64,000 bases of DNA from Trichodelitschia bisporula (GCA_010356995.1 ML996695.1:753061-817060); one strand, 5' to 3'. Shown: positions 35,749 to 49,387, counted from the stretch's first letter. Notes: a model not told the origin generated them from the sequence alone. Made by a program: numbers and translations.

Positions 35749-37844
35749 TTCGTATAGCGGGGCAGGAGGATGCCGGGGTTTGAGATTATGTGCAAAGGAG
35801 GATGAATAGGCTCCTTCCCAAGGACTTTTGGGGTAAGTGGTGATCCTGGTGGCAGAGAGAAGGAATCAAGAGGAGTACAGAGCACTCCGGGGAAGAGCCT
35901 GATATGAAGGTCCCAATTACCCGTAGCCAATGGCAAGTACAAGCTCAAGAGAGAAACGCAGGGGAAAAGCAAACAAACACTCTAGACATCTGCTAAACGT
36001 CAAGCCAAACTGAAAACACACTGGAGCTTCCACAAGCGCACTCTCCCTCCGGGTGCCGGCACTAGCCCTCGAACCGGCTCATCCCGGGCAACCGGTACGC
36101 CACAGAGGGATCCCACAGGGTCCCGTCGCAGCCTCACCCCTCGTGTCAAAAGTCAAAATGGCATCCGGAGCCCGCGCTCCGCAGCGAGGAACCCGGTGCA
36201 GTACCGTACTATACCGCAGTAGCAATCAAAGCACCCGACGTCAACGTCGCGGCGTTGCGGGGACGTTACCCGCGCTCGACCCGCGCTCGCGAACCCGCAG
36301 CAGCGCCCGGCTAGCCGAGAGGAACAAGCCGGCGGGTCACCTCACGCATCATGTCTGTCTACGCGATGCAAGAGGTGTCCTGGGTCCCCCCGCGAAATGG
36401 CGAAAAGGCGGTGACGAGGGGTGTTGTCGCCGGGCATGAGGCCGGAGGGTTGTGCGATAAAGCGTTGTGGCCGGTGCGGGGATAATATTGGGCACTGTAT
36501 TGAGTAAGTCGAGCGGAGCCTTATTGGGAGCAGGATCCGTAAGGATGGATGCTGTGATACGGTGGTGGTGTTTGCTTTGCGCGATCGCGTTGCACAGGAA
36601 GCGTTGCGCTCGAGAGCGTGCGGCTGCGAATCCAACGGCGGCCTCATTTTTGTGTGAGGTCGTAATAGCTTCCTATGCGCCCCCACACGCATCCGGGTCA
36701 GAGGGTGGGATGTTTGATATGGCCCTACCACTGCTTCATCCCGCGCAGACAAGGTCCAGTTGCGCCACTTTATGAAGGTACCTGCATGGCGTACACGGCC
36801 GAGCACCGTATCAGGCGGAGCGTTAGTAGGTCTGCAACCAATAACAGAGAGCAGCGTGAACATCAAGGCTGCAAGGTAAACTGCTGCTGCACCAGCCATT
36901 TATGAACATACTGTGCAAAGAGGCCGCGCTTGCACACGCTCTCCTTGCAGAGGATTCGGAGGACGGATACCGGTAGAATGGGAGGAAAAGCCGGGCCCGA
37001 TCAGCGGCTGCCCCGAGCCCACCGGCAAGATCAATGTCGTCATGATCCTTGATGATCCTTCGAACGTCGCTGGCAGGGGGTCGCGGAGAGATACCCAACG
37101 TCAAAGGATATCTGCTCCACCGTACAACCACACACGCAAACCCAGATGCTCCAAGCGAACTGCTGAATGTGAACCATATTTAATCACGTACATACACTTA
37201 GGCATGGTCTTCGCCACTTCGTCACCTCTCCTATCACACTGGCGCCGTACCGCCACCCTATCGGGGAATATTCAAGCGGACGAATGAGATGGCGAGCCCC
37301 CCGGGCACCCGAATCCACAGGATGAGAGACGGCGAGACGGGAGGTGCTCGAGCTGCGTCGGCCGTCGGCTGCACTACTCCCAAAACACCCCTTTGGCCTG
37401 CCGATCTCATTGTAAACTCCGACCGCAATTCGCTGGCATCAACGTTTACACTGCGCTACATTCAACTGCCATGACCTATCATACATAAAATGCTTCCCAA
37501 GGCCCACTAGGTTTATCCTGTAATAGTCCAAGGCTCCGTCGATCTATCTAAACCCGATCGAAAGAGAATTCTCCACCCAAGTGAGGCTGGCTGAGAGAAT
37601 CTCAACAGTCCGCAATGGAGCCCAGGTATTAGACAAACGGATGAATGTAGTAGCTCTTCACACACACGCGGAGCCGAAATTCGGAGATCGGAACTCGTTT
37701 TCTCGCCCAATCGTACATTGCTCCATACCGACACCAACTCCCCGAAAGCAAATATCCGCTCGCTGTCGCTAAGACTGAGTTCAAATCAAGTATATGCATG
37801 AAACCCAAATGGGAAAAGAAGGATTGTGAAGGAGTGTACGGAGG

Positions 37845-39179
37845 CTAATGGCCCGACGTGCTGTAACGAACTGTGTAACCGACAGTCTTCCGGATGATCA
37901 TCTTCTCCGATCCTTCGCTGGAAATAGAGACAGTGTCACCGGCGTGCGCACCATGGCCTATAGTCGTAACAGCATGGGGTACGAACTCTTTCCGGGGGTC
38001 CACCGTTGGTGAAGGTATGCGAGGGGCAGTCCCGGTCGTGGCTTCCGTGGCAGCTCTCGGACGATGCGGCGCGATTGTGGGGGGTTTCGTTCTCGATGAG
38101 ACCACCGAATTCTCCTTCTGCTTGATCTCGCCAATGGATGATCGAGAATTCAATGCGTAGGAATCGTGGCTGCCGTATCCAGGGGCCAGAGCGCGGTCAA
38201 TCGCCCCAGCATCGAGGGCCAAGAGGCCGGTGTTCCATGCCTTCAGGAATGGCCTCATGCAAGGGATAGAAGCAGCAATAAGCGTGTAGTGCATCTCGAC
38301 TTGTCCGAAGATGATAGCGTTGACGACATCAAACGTGTAGTTGTTCGAGGAGTGGATCCTATAGAGTTCCGATAGTCGTGCGATTGCCATGGGGAGAATC
38401 AGGACACGCGACGAAAAGGCTCCGATAACAATCATTTTCGACTTGACGGGCATTTGCAGGCTCCAGACAAGGTACGCCGGCAGCAGCACTAATGCTAACT
38501 CCAGAACACAGCCCACAATCAGGACACCAGACCAGTGAGACGTCTGTAACTGTTAGAAAGGTTCCAGAGGGGAGTAGGGGAACTGACAAAGGAGGAACAT
38601 CTATCCAACAGGTCCCAGGGGTGTGGGAGGCACCTAAGACCAATGGCAAACATAGACCCAACTCCCCACACGGCGATGATGCCGGCAACGGCCCGCGAAG
38701 CGATCAGATGCTCTCGCTTGCGGGTCAGACGTGCCACAAGCTCACATGTCGAAATCTTCCCCAAAGCAACCGTGAAGATGTACAGAATGTCCGCCGCATA
38801 TTGAATCTGGGCGAGTGAGTAAGCTGAAGAGCAATTGGATTGAACCTACAAGTTCGGCCTGCTGCAATTTGTTGGGAGATATAATATCGACATCTTTCCC
38901 AATACCATGGGACACCGCTATCATAGTCACCACCGACTGTGCCACACCGAAAGCCTGCCATGTCAAACACGATTCAGGTGCAAGGGGCGGCTGTCTTACC
39001 GTTGCAACAGTGATAATGATATCATCCGTCGCGAAGAACCCCTTCAGGGCCACAAACCTCACCATGAGACGGAATATGTAAAAGAATACGACAAGCACCA
39101 CCAACAATGCAGACGCGACGGTGATGTAGCCTCCATAATTGTCTGGTGTAATGGTTTGGATGCGCTGGGGCTCGGCCAT
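37845..39179 (-). CDS. Fungal rhodopsin-domain (PTH11-like) integral membrane protein, no CFEM domain
   Basis: Exons 39179-39000, 38954-38850, 38806-38588, 38543-37845. Motifs 'DDIIIT', 'HGIGK', 'ALGKIS', 'LPAYLVWSLQM', 'EMHYTLIAASIPCMRPF'. Confidence 0.88.
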
Positions 39180-40639
39180 ATTGAAGACCGAGGGTCAAAG
39201 GCTCCAAGACAGCCTTCGAAAAGGACCAGGAAGTAATGACAAGCACGACAGCTCAGACAAGAGAGTTGGAGGAGATTCTATTATTTGAGAGGGGATGCAA
39301 ATCCTGCCAGTTCTGTCACAAGCCCAAAGGAGTGCTCGATGCTAGCCGATCCATGTCCAAAAAGAAGGGATTGCCGAGAGTGCACTGTAGGTCAGCTCTT
39401 ACGAGGGACCCGGCAGTGGAACAAAGGTAGCAGGCACTCGGAACGCCTGAATATGCTTATCGTTCCTGATCATCTGGGGGCTTACGGCGCATCTCTGGCG
39501 GCTACCGCGCAGGCAGGAGTAGCCACTCGCGTGCAGATATCGACAGCTGAGTCCCACCAACGAGGTCGGAATGCTAGCCACGAGCATCAGAGCCTGGCCT
39601 AAATTAGCTGAGGCGCATATCCACAGGAGCAAAAGGCAAGAGCAAGCCATAGATGATATGCGCTTCATGTTCGTCATCTGCAAAAGGAAACATGCGGGCC
39701 GTGGCGGGACGTTCGGACGCCGACGATATAGCCCGCCAACCAGATGATCAGGATGGGTGTTGACGTCTGATGGGCGTCGAGAGAAGTACTGATGAGGCAA
39801 CCTATCACACTGGCCACATATTGAATACTTCAGTCGCGCATCTCGGGCTCAGCGGTGTGCAATACTCGGAAATTGTCGCGTGGTTGCCACAGTGAAGGAT
39901 ATATGTGGGGCGAGAGCCACAATGGGGATCTCACACATCTCGTCGACTGCATGACGCCATGCAGAATACGTACGCTACCGTACACGTCAATAACGCTATG
40001 GGTGTGCAAGGTGTGATGTGGATGTGGGACTCACCGCGCCCCACGTAGACAGATATCCGCATATCAGAGTACTGAGCCACTTGAGGGTAAGTGGCGGAGC
40101 CACATGGGCGCGAAGTGAGCGCGATCGGTGTTTCCCGTGGGGGTTGGGCGGTTGACAAGCGGCTGTGCTGCAGCTGTCAGGGCTCAGGATTGAGGTGAGG
40201 TTGAAGGTTGCGCGATGCTGGGCAGCGGCAACTGCGGGGGATTGTGGTCCAAGTGGAGTGGGGTGGCTCCTTCTCATAGGAGAGTTAGCACGGTGATTGG
40301 GCTGGCTAGTGCAACGCACTACGGACACTAGATGGCAATAGTGAGATATCTTCCCGGTGAGAGCAGATCGCATCATAATAGTGTCGATAGATTGAGATCC
40401 AAGTGGCTCAAGCGTTTGACTGGATGGTGCTCCTTAAAACTGCTGCTTCCAATGGAAGATCGAGAGAGTCGCCACTGCCGCGCAAGTTGTCTCTTCGGCC
40501 CGCTGACTGGCTCGGTCTCGAGAATTTGGTTGCCGCCGGCCAGTTCGGATTGCGCTGTTGATGTGAACTCTGACCTCTGACCTCAGGAGCACTCTCAAGC
40601 AGGCCGAACGTCCTTTCACGAGTCACACCCGTCCGCCCT

Positions 40640-40675
40640 CCCGCCCATCCACTCCCGCCCATCCACTCCCGCCCA
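40640..40675. repeat. 14-bp tandem repeat (CCCGCCCATCCACT)x2.5
   Basis: Read directly. Confidence 0.8.
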
Positions 40676-43105
40676 CCCGTCAACAAGCAGGCCGCCGAAA
40701 CGTCACGCGCCCGTCGGGCACCAATTCTACGATTCGAACAACCGGCTTGTTGGGACGAAATGGTTCGCGATGCAACTGAATATTTTGGGACGTTAAGATC
40801 GAGGCCGTCCGCAGCATATTTTAGAGGGTTGTTTTGCTGCTCCGTGGGGGGGCGGGGAGGGCGTGTGCCGCATTGCGCAAGGCCGCCCAACTCCACAGCT
40901 GTTGATCGGAGGGAGGAGAAAAGGGAGGAGGTTGGAGATCCTATGATGGCAAAGCGAGTGGGTCCATATCAAACTTCGCTAACAGAAAAGGCCATCTAGG
41001 CGTGCCAGGTTCCAGGGACGGCCCAGGATCTTATGCAAGGGTGCTGCAAGTGCTGTGCAAGGAAATCCCAAGCTCACCATCCCAAAGTAGACTGGTGAAC
41101 CACATTGTCGGATCAGGTCTGCTCAGCCACCCCTGCTCATGGTCCGTGCCAGAAGGCATCCAGCGCTCCTCTCTGCCGCTCCCGCCGTGGCCCCCTTATC
41201 CTGACCTCACTACCTCGCCGGAACCATTTGGAGGCCCTTTGCGCTCATTTGCTTTTCTCAGCTCATGCAACTTCACGCAAAACCTTGTACCTACCCTCGA
41301 CTCTGCAACAGAGCTGCCAACCAAAGCAACGGAGCAAGCAACCTGCTCGGTACAGCATTTTCTCACCGAAGCCCAGCCTGATCTGTCGCCCTCCCATTTT
41401 CTCCCCCACGCGATGGGCTGCTCGGAGACTTATCTACACGCGCTTGATGTCGCCAATTTATCATCATCTTGCCACTCTGGTCCTGTGGCCGACCGTTGTC
41501 CTCGTATACTGCGTATTCCACGCTGCCGCCAGCCATTTTACGTCAAGTTGTCATTTGCTGCGAGTTCCCATGGCGAGCAGAGTACGGATATACTATGATG
41601 CTCTGCAAAATGTGTTCTATGAGTAGGTCGCACAACCTGCCCTGTGCAGAGTGCGGAGAGAGTCTTGGACGGGTGAGGGGTACCTCTCCCACATGGCTAG
41701 CCATTCATTTGATGATCGGATCTTCACTCAGTATGGCGTATCGCCGAGTGATGTTCTTCCTTCCCGCAGCGGGTCAGCTCACACGCAATTCGATCAGCAT
41801 TGATCAGCAACTGTTCTATCAGAACTTCAGTTGTATGAAGATGGTCGCGACCCTCGAGATGCGCAGTCAAATTTCCAACAAAATCGGCACATCAACAACG
41901 ACCCATACTAACTGTGGTGTAGCGGACAACAGGAACGACGAGCCGGTATCTTCCCTGAGGTCAAGACCCCCCCCCCCCCAGAAGCCTAGAGTAGAGACTG
42001 GGATATTGATCCAGAATGCTTGTCTGCCAGACGGGAAGTATCAGCCATTCAACCCGCTCCTGCGAGGTGCTGCCCTTGTCACAAAGCCACCAAAATAGGC
42101 TCGCAAAATCTGCTGAGACCTATCGACAAAGCTCTCGACCCAGAGATATGGCGGGCAAAAGCTGCTGCGCAGCCACGGCGTTCTCCAAGATGAAGACAGA
42201 GAGCTGAGTGCGGACTGTGCACTACGAGAAACGTCGTGTCCAGCAGAAGGGAGCATCGGCCTATGTCGTAACACTGCCAAAAAAGTGCGGGGAAAATACT
42301 GAAATCAGCATGAATTCCAAAGACATGCACACACCTGCTCATCCCGCGCGTCTCGGATCTGCAAAGTCGAGATTCCGTGGGGTGGGTTGCTGGCCCGGCT
42401 CCCGTTGTCTCCCTCGTTGGAGGCCGTTGGAGAAGAGAGACAGAAGGCCTGGGTTTCCATGCACTTCACACTCGCAGACTGGGGTTGCCTTGCAGTCCTA
42501 CGCACCAGAGGCACGGCTTCGCGAATAGCTTCCCTTGTCCAGAGGAGCGTGCCGTGTCCACTATCTCGTCTCAGTTCATGGTGTTTACGACTGTGATTGG
42601 AGAAGGAGACAAGATGTGGCGTTTTATCCTGGCTCCGCGTCCGAAGCGCAACGCCGGCGTGGCTTGTACTGAACCTTATCCTCCTCACAAAATTACTGCC
42701 AAAGCTGGCAAAAGCAAATAAAATGGGCTTGACAGAGTGATGCGAGTCGAAACACAACGAGAAAGTGGCAACGGCATGGGCCGCGGAGCGAATCGGCCAC
42801 GCGTGCTGGGCGTCGCGTCTGGAAGATGGCCCTTGCGAACACAGCATGCACGAGCATTCCCACATGGAGCCACACTCCGGGGCCCTTCTGCGTTGCGATG
42901 CGCAGCCTTTCCCCGTTAAATATGCTCCCCCGCGCCAGCCGTGTGGCAGCCTTTCCCATCAGCACTCCTTTGATCGCCGCTGTTGGACTACTTCTTCATT
43001 CTTCTCCCACGTGTTTGACTTTCGAGAAGCACAGGAGAGCCTTTAGTCCTGGGGAGTTCTCTTCATTCTTCCATATCATCCTCTCGGCATTAAACGAGGA
43101 CAAGT

Positions 43106-44874
43106 ATGGATCGCGGCGGAGATATGGTCGAGAAGCACGACTACGACGTCCATAGCGGGACCATCGAGCCTGGTGCCAGCGATGACAACCTCAGCGATCG
43201 CCATCGTGGTACCTATCACGATGTCCAGGACATGGGCCGGTTGGGTAAGAAGCAAGAGTTCATGGTAGGGTTGCCATCAATGATTCGTAACATCAATTGA
43301 CATGAAGATAGCGTAACTTCCGCTTCTATTCCATCCTCGGGTTCACGAGCACGCTTATGTGCACGTGGGAAGCAATTCTTGCGTGCGTATCACCTCAACA
43401 TCAGCACTCACATGATGGCTAATTCCCTGCAGCTCGAGTGCCTACGGCCTCATCGACGGCGGCACTGGCGGCCTCATCTGGACCTACCTGGCGACGATTA
43501 TCATGATGACTCTCGTCATCGCCTCCATGGCCGACATGGCGTCCATGGCTCCCACTTCCGGTGGCCAGTACCACTGGGTGTCCGAGTTCGCGCCCAAGAG
43601 CTGCCAGCGTTACCTATCGTATGTCGTCGGGTGGGCTGGTGTCCTTGGCTGGCAGGCCGGTACTGCCAGCGCGTGTTTCCTTGCTGGCACCATGATTCAG
43701 GCCCTCATTGTTCTCTGGGATGAGACATATACCCCTACCCGCTGGCAAGGAACCCTCCTCACCATCGCCATTGCCCTCATCGCTACTTTCTTCAACACCT
43801 ATGGCGCAAAGCAGCTTCCTCTTCTCGAGGGGTTCATCCTCTTGCTGCATGTGTTCGGTTTCTTCGGCATCCTCATCCCACTCTGGGTTGTCGCTCCCAA
43901 GCAGGAGGCCAGCAAGGTGTTCGGCTCGTTCTCGGATGGTGGAGGTTGGGGCAGCATCGGTACTGCTTGTCTCGTTGGCATGATATCGCCCATCTTCTCC
44001 TTCATTGGCCCTGACGCGGGTACCCACATGTGTAAGTGGTGAGCTCGCAATTGCTGTTCTGTACCTAACAACACGACTAGCCGAAGAAATTCGCGATGCC
44101 TCCAAGATTGTGCCTCGCAGCATGATAGCCACCGCCGCCCTGAACGGCACTCTGGGTTTCGTCATGGTCATCACCTACAGCTTCACCATCCTGGACGTTG
44201 ACGAGGCACTCAGTAGCCCAACAGGTCTGCTCGGTTTCCCCTTCATTCACATCTTCTGGAAGGCCACGGGATCCAAGGGCGGTACCACGGCTATGGTCGT
44301 CATCATCGTCGCGCTCCTCACCTCCGCCGCAATTTCCATCCTGGCCACCGCATCGCGCCAATCCTTTGCGTTCGCCCGTGACGACGGCCTTCCCTTCCCC
44401 CACGTGTGGCGCAAGGTTGTCCGCGTCGGCACCGAGCTCCCGCTCAACTCCGTTCTCCTGTCCCTGACGGTGACCATTGGCCTGTCACTCGTGAACATCG
44501 GCTCGACGGCCGCCTTCAACTCCATCATCTCGCTGCTCGTCAGCTCCCTTTTCACCGGCTACTTCGTGTCAATCGGTGCGATCCTGCTTAAGCGCATACG
44601 CGGCGAGCCTCTCCCTCCTAGCCGCTGGAGCATGGGCCGCTTGGCCATCCCCATCAACATCCTGGCCCTGCTGTTTATCGTCCTCTCGCTAGTCATCAGC
44701 TTCTTCCCGCTGGCGCGCGGCCCTACCGCTCAGAGCATGAATTGGTCCCTGCTTGTGTGGGGCGTCATCATGATCGCCGCCACGATTTCATACTTCGTCT
44801 CGGGCCGTCACGTGTACAAGGGCCCGGTAGTGTATGTCAACAAGGACTTCGAGACAGCGTCGCGGCGGTCGTGA
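43106..44874 (+). CDS. APC-superfamily amino acid/GABA/choline permease
   Basis: Exons 43106-43264, 43312-43382, 43433-44031, 44081-44874. Motifs 'GKKQEFMRNF', 'SMADMASMAPTSGGQYHWVSEFAP', 'HMSEEIRDAS', 'SRQSFAFARDDGLPF', 'MNWS'. Confidence 0.93.
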
Positions 44875-46165
44875 GCGCAATGATGAACGCGCAGCCATGT
44901 TCATATGTCGGACTGAGCTTCTGATGATTGGGGTGTGGGATGGATTAAGCTGAGGTTAAACGGTGGCCACAGTCAACGCTTTTTTGCTCACGCACTTCGG
45001 TCTCTCGGGTTTACCACTGCTTTCGCGAGCTACTTTCCACAGAGTACGCAGGTCCCTCACGTTGGTCGGTCAGGGTAAAACGGAGCATGTGTACGATGTG
45101 GCACAACGTGCGGGGGCCTTGGTGTGTGCATTATTCATTCACTTTGTATTAGACTAGTCTCGTAGGGGGTCAATTCCTACTTTTGTTCATATGTAGGGAG
45201 CAGTGCTCAAGCTTATTTTTTGCTGTGGCCACAAAAGTATGGGATCCTAATGAACGAATCTCGTTGCCTCTGCTTGTCTGTGGTATTGATTTTGAAGCAT
45301 CAGTTTGCTCTGAGAGAATCTTCGTGAGCTCACCAAAGCTCTCTCCAAGCAAAGTCGTCCTGGCATCACCAATCTCCAATGCAGCTCAGCCGCAAACTGC
45401 GCGCATGAGGCTTGGTCTAGCGCTTGACTCGGTATCCAACGCCTCCTCGGCAGGGAGCTAAAATCGCCCAAGCAAATCCCTCTAGATGATCACGCGATGA
45501 GCGGCTCAGCGAAGTCGAATCCCAGGCCCCCGGAACCATATGCGGGCACAGAGCGATTTGGCCTCGCCCCACCGCCCACACGGGCAGGCCAGAAAAGCTG
45601 ATAGATATGTAACCGGGTTGACCACCAGGGTCCCGGTGTTCTAGATGGGAGCTTCTAGAACGCGCCATACGTAGCAGTGCCGATCTCGGTTCACAGGCGG
45701 CGGGAACTGACTCCTCTCGGGCGATCATGCTCCTCTTCGGCTTGCCGAATGCACTCGAGGCCACGCCAAAGGCTGCCAAAAAGCCAAGCTCAGGGGCCGC
45801 GTTCGTAGGCCGCTCCTTCCTGGGGAGGACCTGGACGATGGGGGGGTACCCGTATGGAGCGCGCGGGAAAGAGCGAGTGCGAAACTCACGGTACGGGAGG
45901 AGAAAAGGGAAAAGATCCAGGGCGGGTACAATACATATTCAGGGTGCCGTTACAGAAGGTTTCAACCTGCTCTACTCCGTACTTCTTCCTGCCGGGTCTC
46001 GACGAGCTTTTTGAGAGCCTTTTGCTTTTTGGTTCCGCGTGAGGGTTGCTAGGAGCTGTCTTGCTCTTGACGATCCGACATGGAGTTGGACTGACTGCTC
46101 GGTGCCGGAGCGAGGACGGTGGAGAATCCATGAGCGGTTCGAGCAATAGCGGGGCTATACGTGCC

Positions 46166-46532
46166 TCACGCAGTAAACAGTTCGGCTTTAATATGTAGAG
46201 AATGGTTAAATGTCACGTGGAGACGCGACGAGCCCTGGACGTCGTTTAGCCGGATGAGGGAATGCGCGATATGCTGGACGCGTTGGTCTTAGCGTGGATG
46301 ATCCAGGACGCGTACCGCTGTGGGGAGATAAACCACATACCTTCTCGTCGATGCTGTATTTGAAAGCGACACTGACCAGATCATCCAGTTCACGAGACCA
46401 CCTCGCGAAAGTATACCGAAGCGGATATCCGTCTTCACTGCCCATTCCATTCGTTCTCAGGCGCTTTAATTTACTGTATAGCCTCTTCGGAAACCGACTT
46501 CGCCTACCATATACTGTCCAGCCGGTTTCCAT
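46166..46532 (-). CDS. Possible two-exon orphan gene or gene relic, about 99 aa
   Basis: ATG 46532, GTATGT donor 46340, CAG acceptor 46274, TGA 46168-46166. Branch site is weak and no family is recognisable. Confidence 0.22.
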
Positions 46533-47057
46533 TCTGGATCTTTGGAATTGGCCTGAACTCTCGCGGTGTTCTCAAGCTCCCCAAAACGATCATGTCTCAG
46601 CCATTTGATAAGCCGCTTGATCCCTGATTCCCAACCGTTGCCCTTTGCACCACATACATGGCGCGCTCGTCCATACAACTCCTTTACCCCGCTCGTCCGT
46701 CCCCCATTCCACATCAACCACGTCAATCCCACGAGCAACCCTCATCCCGCTTCTCCTCACGCAACAGCTCAACAATCTCCTCCAACAGCTCCACCCCCTC
46801 CACCAATCGCTCCAGTTTTCACCTCACCACAGCGACGGGACGCCTCCGTTTGTCGTTCCTTCTCTGCATTTCTCACCCGCTCCCTTCCGGCGGCTTCTTG
46901 CATCCCCTCCTCCGCTCGCCTTGGTGCGCGGCCCAGCGACTGGTGACTGACTGCTAGAGTGAGGGCGGAGGGTTAAAAGACGCTCCGCTCCTCGGGCTCA
47001 AGACAAGCTCCAACTTCAGCTACTCCTCCAACAACAAGGTCACACCCCCTGGGCATC

Positions 47058-47582
47058 ATGGTCTCAGGACGCGCAGCCGCGCCCCGCGCGCAGAGCCTCG
47101 AGCCGGACGTCTCAGCTGAACTGGTCGCACAGTTCGACGCCCTTGCAATCGGCGAGAATCTCCACCGCGGCACCAAGAAATACAAAGTGAGGTACACGGC
47201 CCATTTTGGTGGGCAGCTCGAGAAGCTCTACCAGAAGGCTGGGAAGCTGGCGGGGCTGCAAGAGCTCTGCCTTGATGTTGGGATCGATCCTGCTCCGAAC
47301 AGCATTACAAAATGCAGGCAGGTATGTGCTCTAGGCTACACCTTGTGTGTTAGCTGATGAGAGGTGCCGCAGGCTCTGAAGGGTGTCAATGTCAACATTT
47401 ACGACCTGGTCCAATTCAAATTGTTCGGCGGCCATTTGCTTCAGTTCGACAGCAAGAAACTGCTGGCAGCCAATGCGAAGAAGAAGGGAAAGATCTTTCC
47501 CAAGGAGTTGGCGAAGGAGAACGGGATCCTGAGTGCTTTGCTCATTAATATGTCCCGGGCACGGTACCAACAAGGAAGTTGA
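47058..47582 (+). CDS. Conserved fungal hypothetical protein, about 157 aa
   Basis: Exons 47058-47321 and 47373-47582 with canonical sites. Pattern 'LQELC..VGI...PNSITKCRQAL..VNVNIYDL...KIFPK..AK.NG.L.ALL' resembles an uncharacterised fungal family (recognised from memory, not searched). Confidence 0.75.
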
Positions 47583-48262
47583 GGTGAAATACTGCGATAT
47601 GGAGGTCGTGCGACGATGAAGATCGTGGTGCTTCGAGGCGGATATTCTGATAACGGAGCGTCCTTAAGACTTCTGGCAGATGCCATGCGGCCTGTTTTTA
47701 GCGATAAAGTCTTTAATCAATCAAAGTGCAGGTGAGAAAATGCGGGGATATGGAGTGGACCGTTCGGACTCGAAATTTGGGAGGGGCCTACCCAACTGAC
47801 AACTCTGTTGATGCCTCCTTAACTCCATTCCTTCACATGAGACAATCACACTCTCGATAGTGGAAAGTAGATGATATTCATACCGCAGTCCAGCCCCCGG
47901 ATGATCCGCTCCTCGACAATATAAAAGGGGAGTGAGAAAGAAGGGTATATCCCGGGGTGCATCCTAATCCAGCACCCAGTCATGAGGTTAAAGTCGTAAA
48001 ACCACGCGATAGACATACCAAAAACGAAAGCGCCCAAAATGTACCTGCAATGTTCACAACCGGTCGGCAAAGTCCAAGTTCTGCGGGAACTCAACAAGCT
48101 GTTCCATCAAAAGAGTTTCGACATCACCCGCGAGAGCACCCAAAATCCCACAATTAAGAAAGCCAGGGGGCCACCGAACCGTGCCAACCACAACCCCAAG
48201 CCCCATTCCCTATGCAACGCTTAATCAAATCCAATCCAGTCTGAGCTCGCCTCAACACCCAT

Positions 48263-49387
48263 TTAAGCGCCTACCCTGGGTGCAGTCCCCGCCCACTTCA
48301 GCCGCCTCAAAGAGTCGCTACTCTCCATGACGATATGCTTACCGTATCTGCCAGCACCCTCCATCTCCGCACGCCCCTGCTCTTTGCCCATGACGTATCC
48401 GGCGGAGAAGCTGATGGCGCTGAACAGGACCACTACCCCCGCGCTTACGACCCACGTCAGAAGCGTCGGGTTAACATCGTCCAGTGCAATAGGCACCGTA
48501 GCAGTGGTTCGTCGCGCCTTTTTGATCGCATGACGCTCCTTGCTGTTGTTCCGAGGGGAAGCGTTGGCCGGTGCAGTAGCCTTGCGCTTCCCAATGTCAC
48601 CAGCACCCGCGGAGCTGCCACGAGAATGACGGGACGTAGGAGAATCGCCGTTACTGGCCCTCAAAGCAACGGACTCCGGGACCATGCGGACAGTCGTTGG
48701 ATCAATCCGGTCGGCATTGGCAGGACGCGTCATTGTCTCAGCCGCAACCCGACCGGACTTAGGCAGACCACGGGCAGCAGCAGCACAGGAAAGAAGCGTG
48801 GAGAGGCTCGCGCGGAGTGCGGCATCGTGGTCGATGTGGTGAGAAGGCGATATCATGTTATATGGTGTATGCTGGTGGGATGGAAGGGAATGACGGTGCG
48901 TGGCGGGGCGAGGACGCTGAGCGAGATTGGAGTTGCCTCGAGTCACCTGAGCTGGACGTGGCTGGGAGAATGCGTGCATCTGGGGTGTGAAGCGCATCTC
49001 GTCCCGAGGAAGGCCGATCGCCGTTGCATTCTCGTCCTCGTCCTCCGACGTCATCGCATTGTCAGATGCAGAAGAGATGTCCGGAGCGCTGGCTGTCTGC
49101 CATCCGCGGCGGAAGGGCGCTTGATGGATGCCTTCGTTTGAGGAAGTCATGACCCTATCGGACTCGCTCTCGCTCTCCTCGTATTCCTCCTGGCTACTGC
49201 CGCCTGCGCTTTGTACCCGAGGTGCGGCAGGGCGGGACTCGTGAAGCGAGCGGCGCTGCCGCCTACGGCGCCCCTGTTGAACGCGCAGTCCAGTCGTGAT
49301 AATTTCCTCGGCAGCTGAGGAAAGGGATGACGATGAGGGTTGAGAGGATACCTCGACCCAGGAGTCTGTTGGTGAGTGGTCAGCCAT
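48263..49387 (-). CDS. Uncharacterised protein with an N-terminal AIM/LIR-like motif and a near-C-terminal transmembrane helix
   Basis: ORF from ATG 49387; upstream in-frame ATGs probably lie in a 5'-UTR intron starting GTAAGT at 49528. Contains 'DSWVEV', 'HDAALRASLSTLLSCAAAARGLPK' and TM 'LLTWVVSAGVVVLFSAISFSAGYVMG'. Confidence 0.85.
   Translation of the reverse strand: MADHSPTDSWVEVSSQPSSSSLSSAAEEIITTGLRVQQGRRRRQRRSLHESRPAAPRVQSAGGSSQEEYEESESESDRVMTSSNEGIHQAPFRRGWQTASAPDISSASDNAMTSEDEDENATAIGLPRDEMRFTPQMHAFSQPRPAQVTRGNSNLAQRPRPATHRHSLPSHQHTPYNMISPSHHIDHDAALRASLSTLLSCAAAARGLPKSGRVAAETMTRPANADRIDPTTVRMVPESVALRASNGDSPTSRHSRGSSAGAGDIGKRKATAPANASPRNNSKERHAIKKARRTTATVPIALDDVNPTLLTWVVSAGVVVLFSAISFSAGYVMGKEQGRAEMEGAGRYGKHIVMESSDSLRRLKWAGTAPRVGA

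Noticed and set aside
39180..43105. TPP riboswitch or hidden gene upstream of the permease
   Set aside because: No TPP aptamer core found around the CTGAGA occurrences, and the ORFs at 41002-42098 lack recognisable domains.
42922..43155. Overlapping uORF on the permease start
   Set aside because: Its ATG abuts a TATA-like TAAATA and is probably upstream of the TSS; unsupported without TSS data.
31637..49387. Functional link between PTC7 and the BNIP3-like gene (PPTC7 regulates BNIP3/NIX in mammals)
   Set aside because: They are 15 kb apart with unrelated genes between; proximity is not evidence in a fungal housekeeping region.
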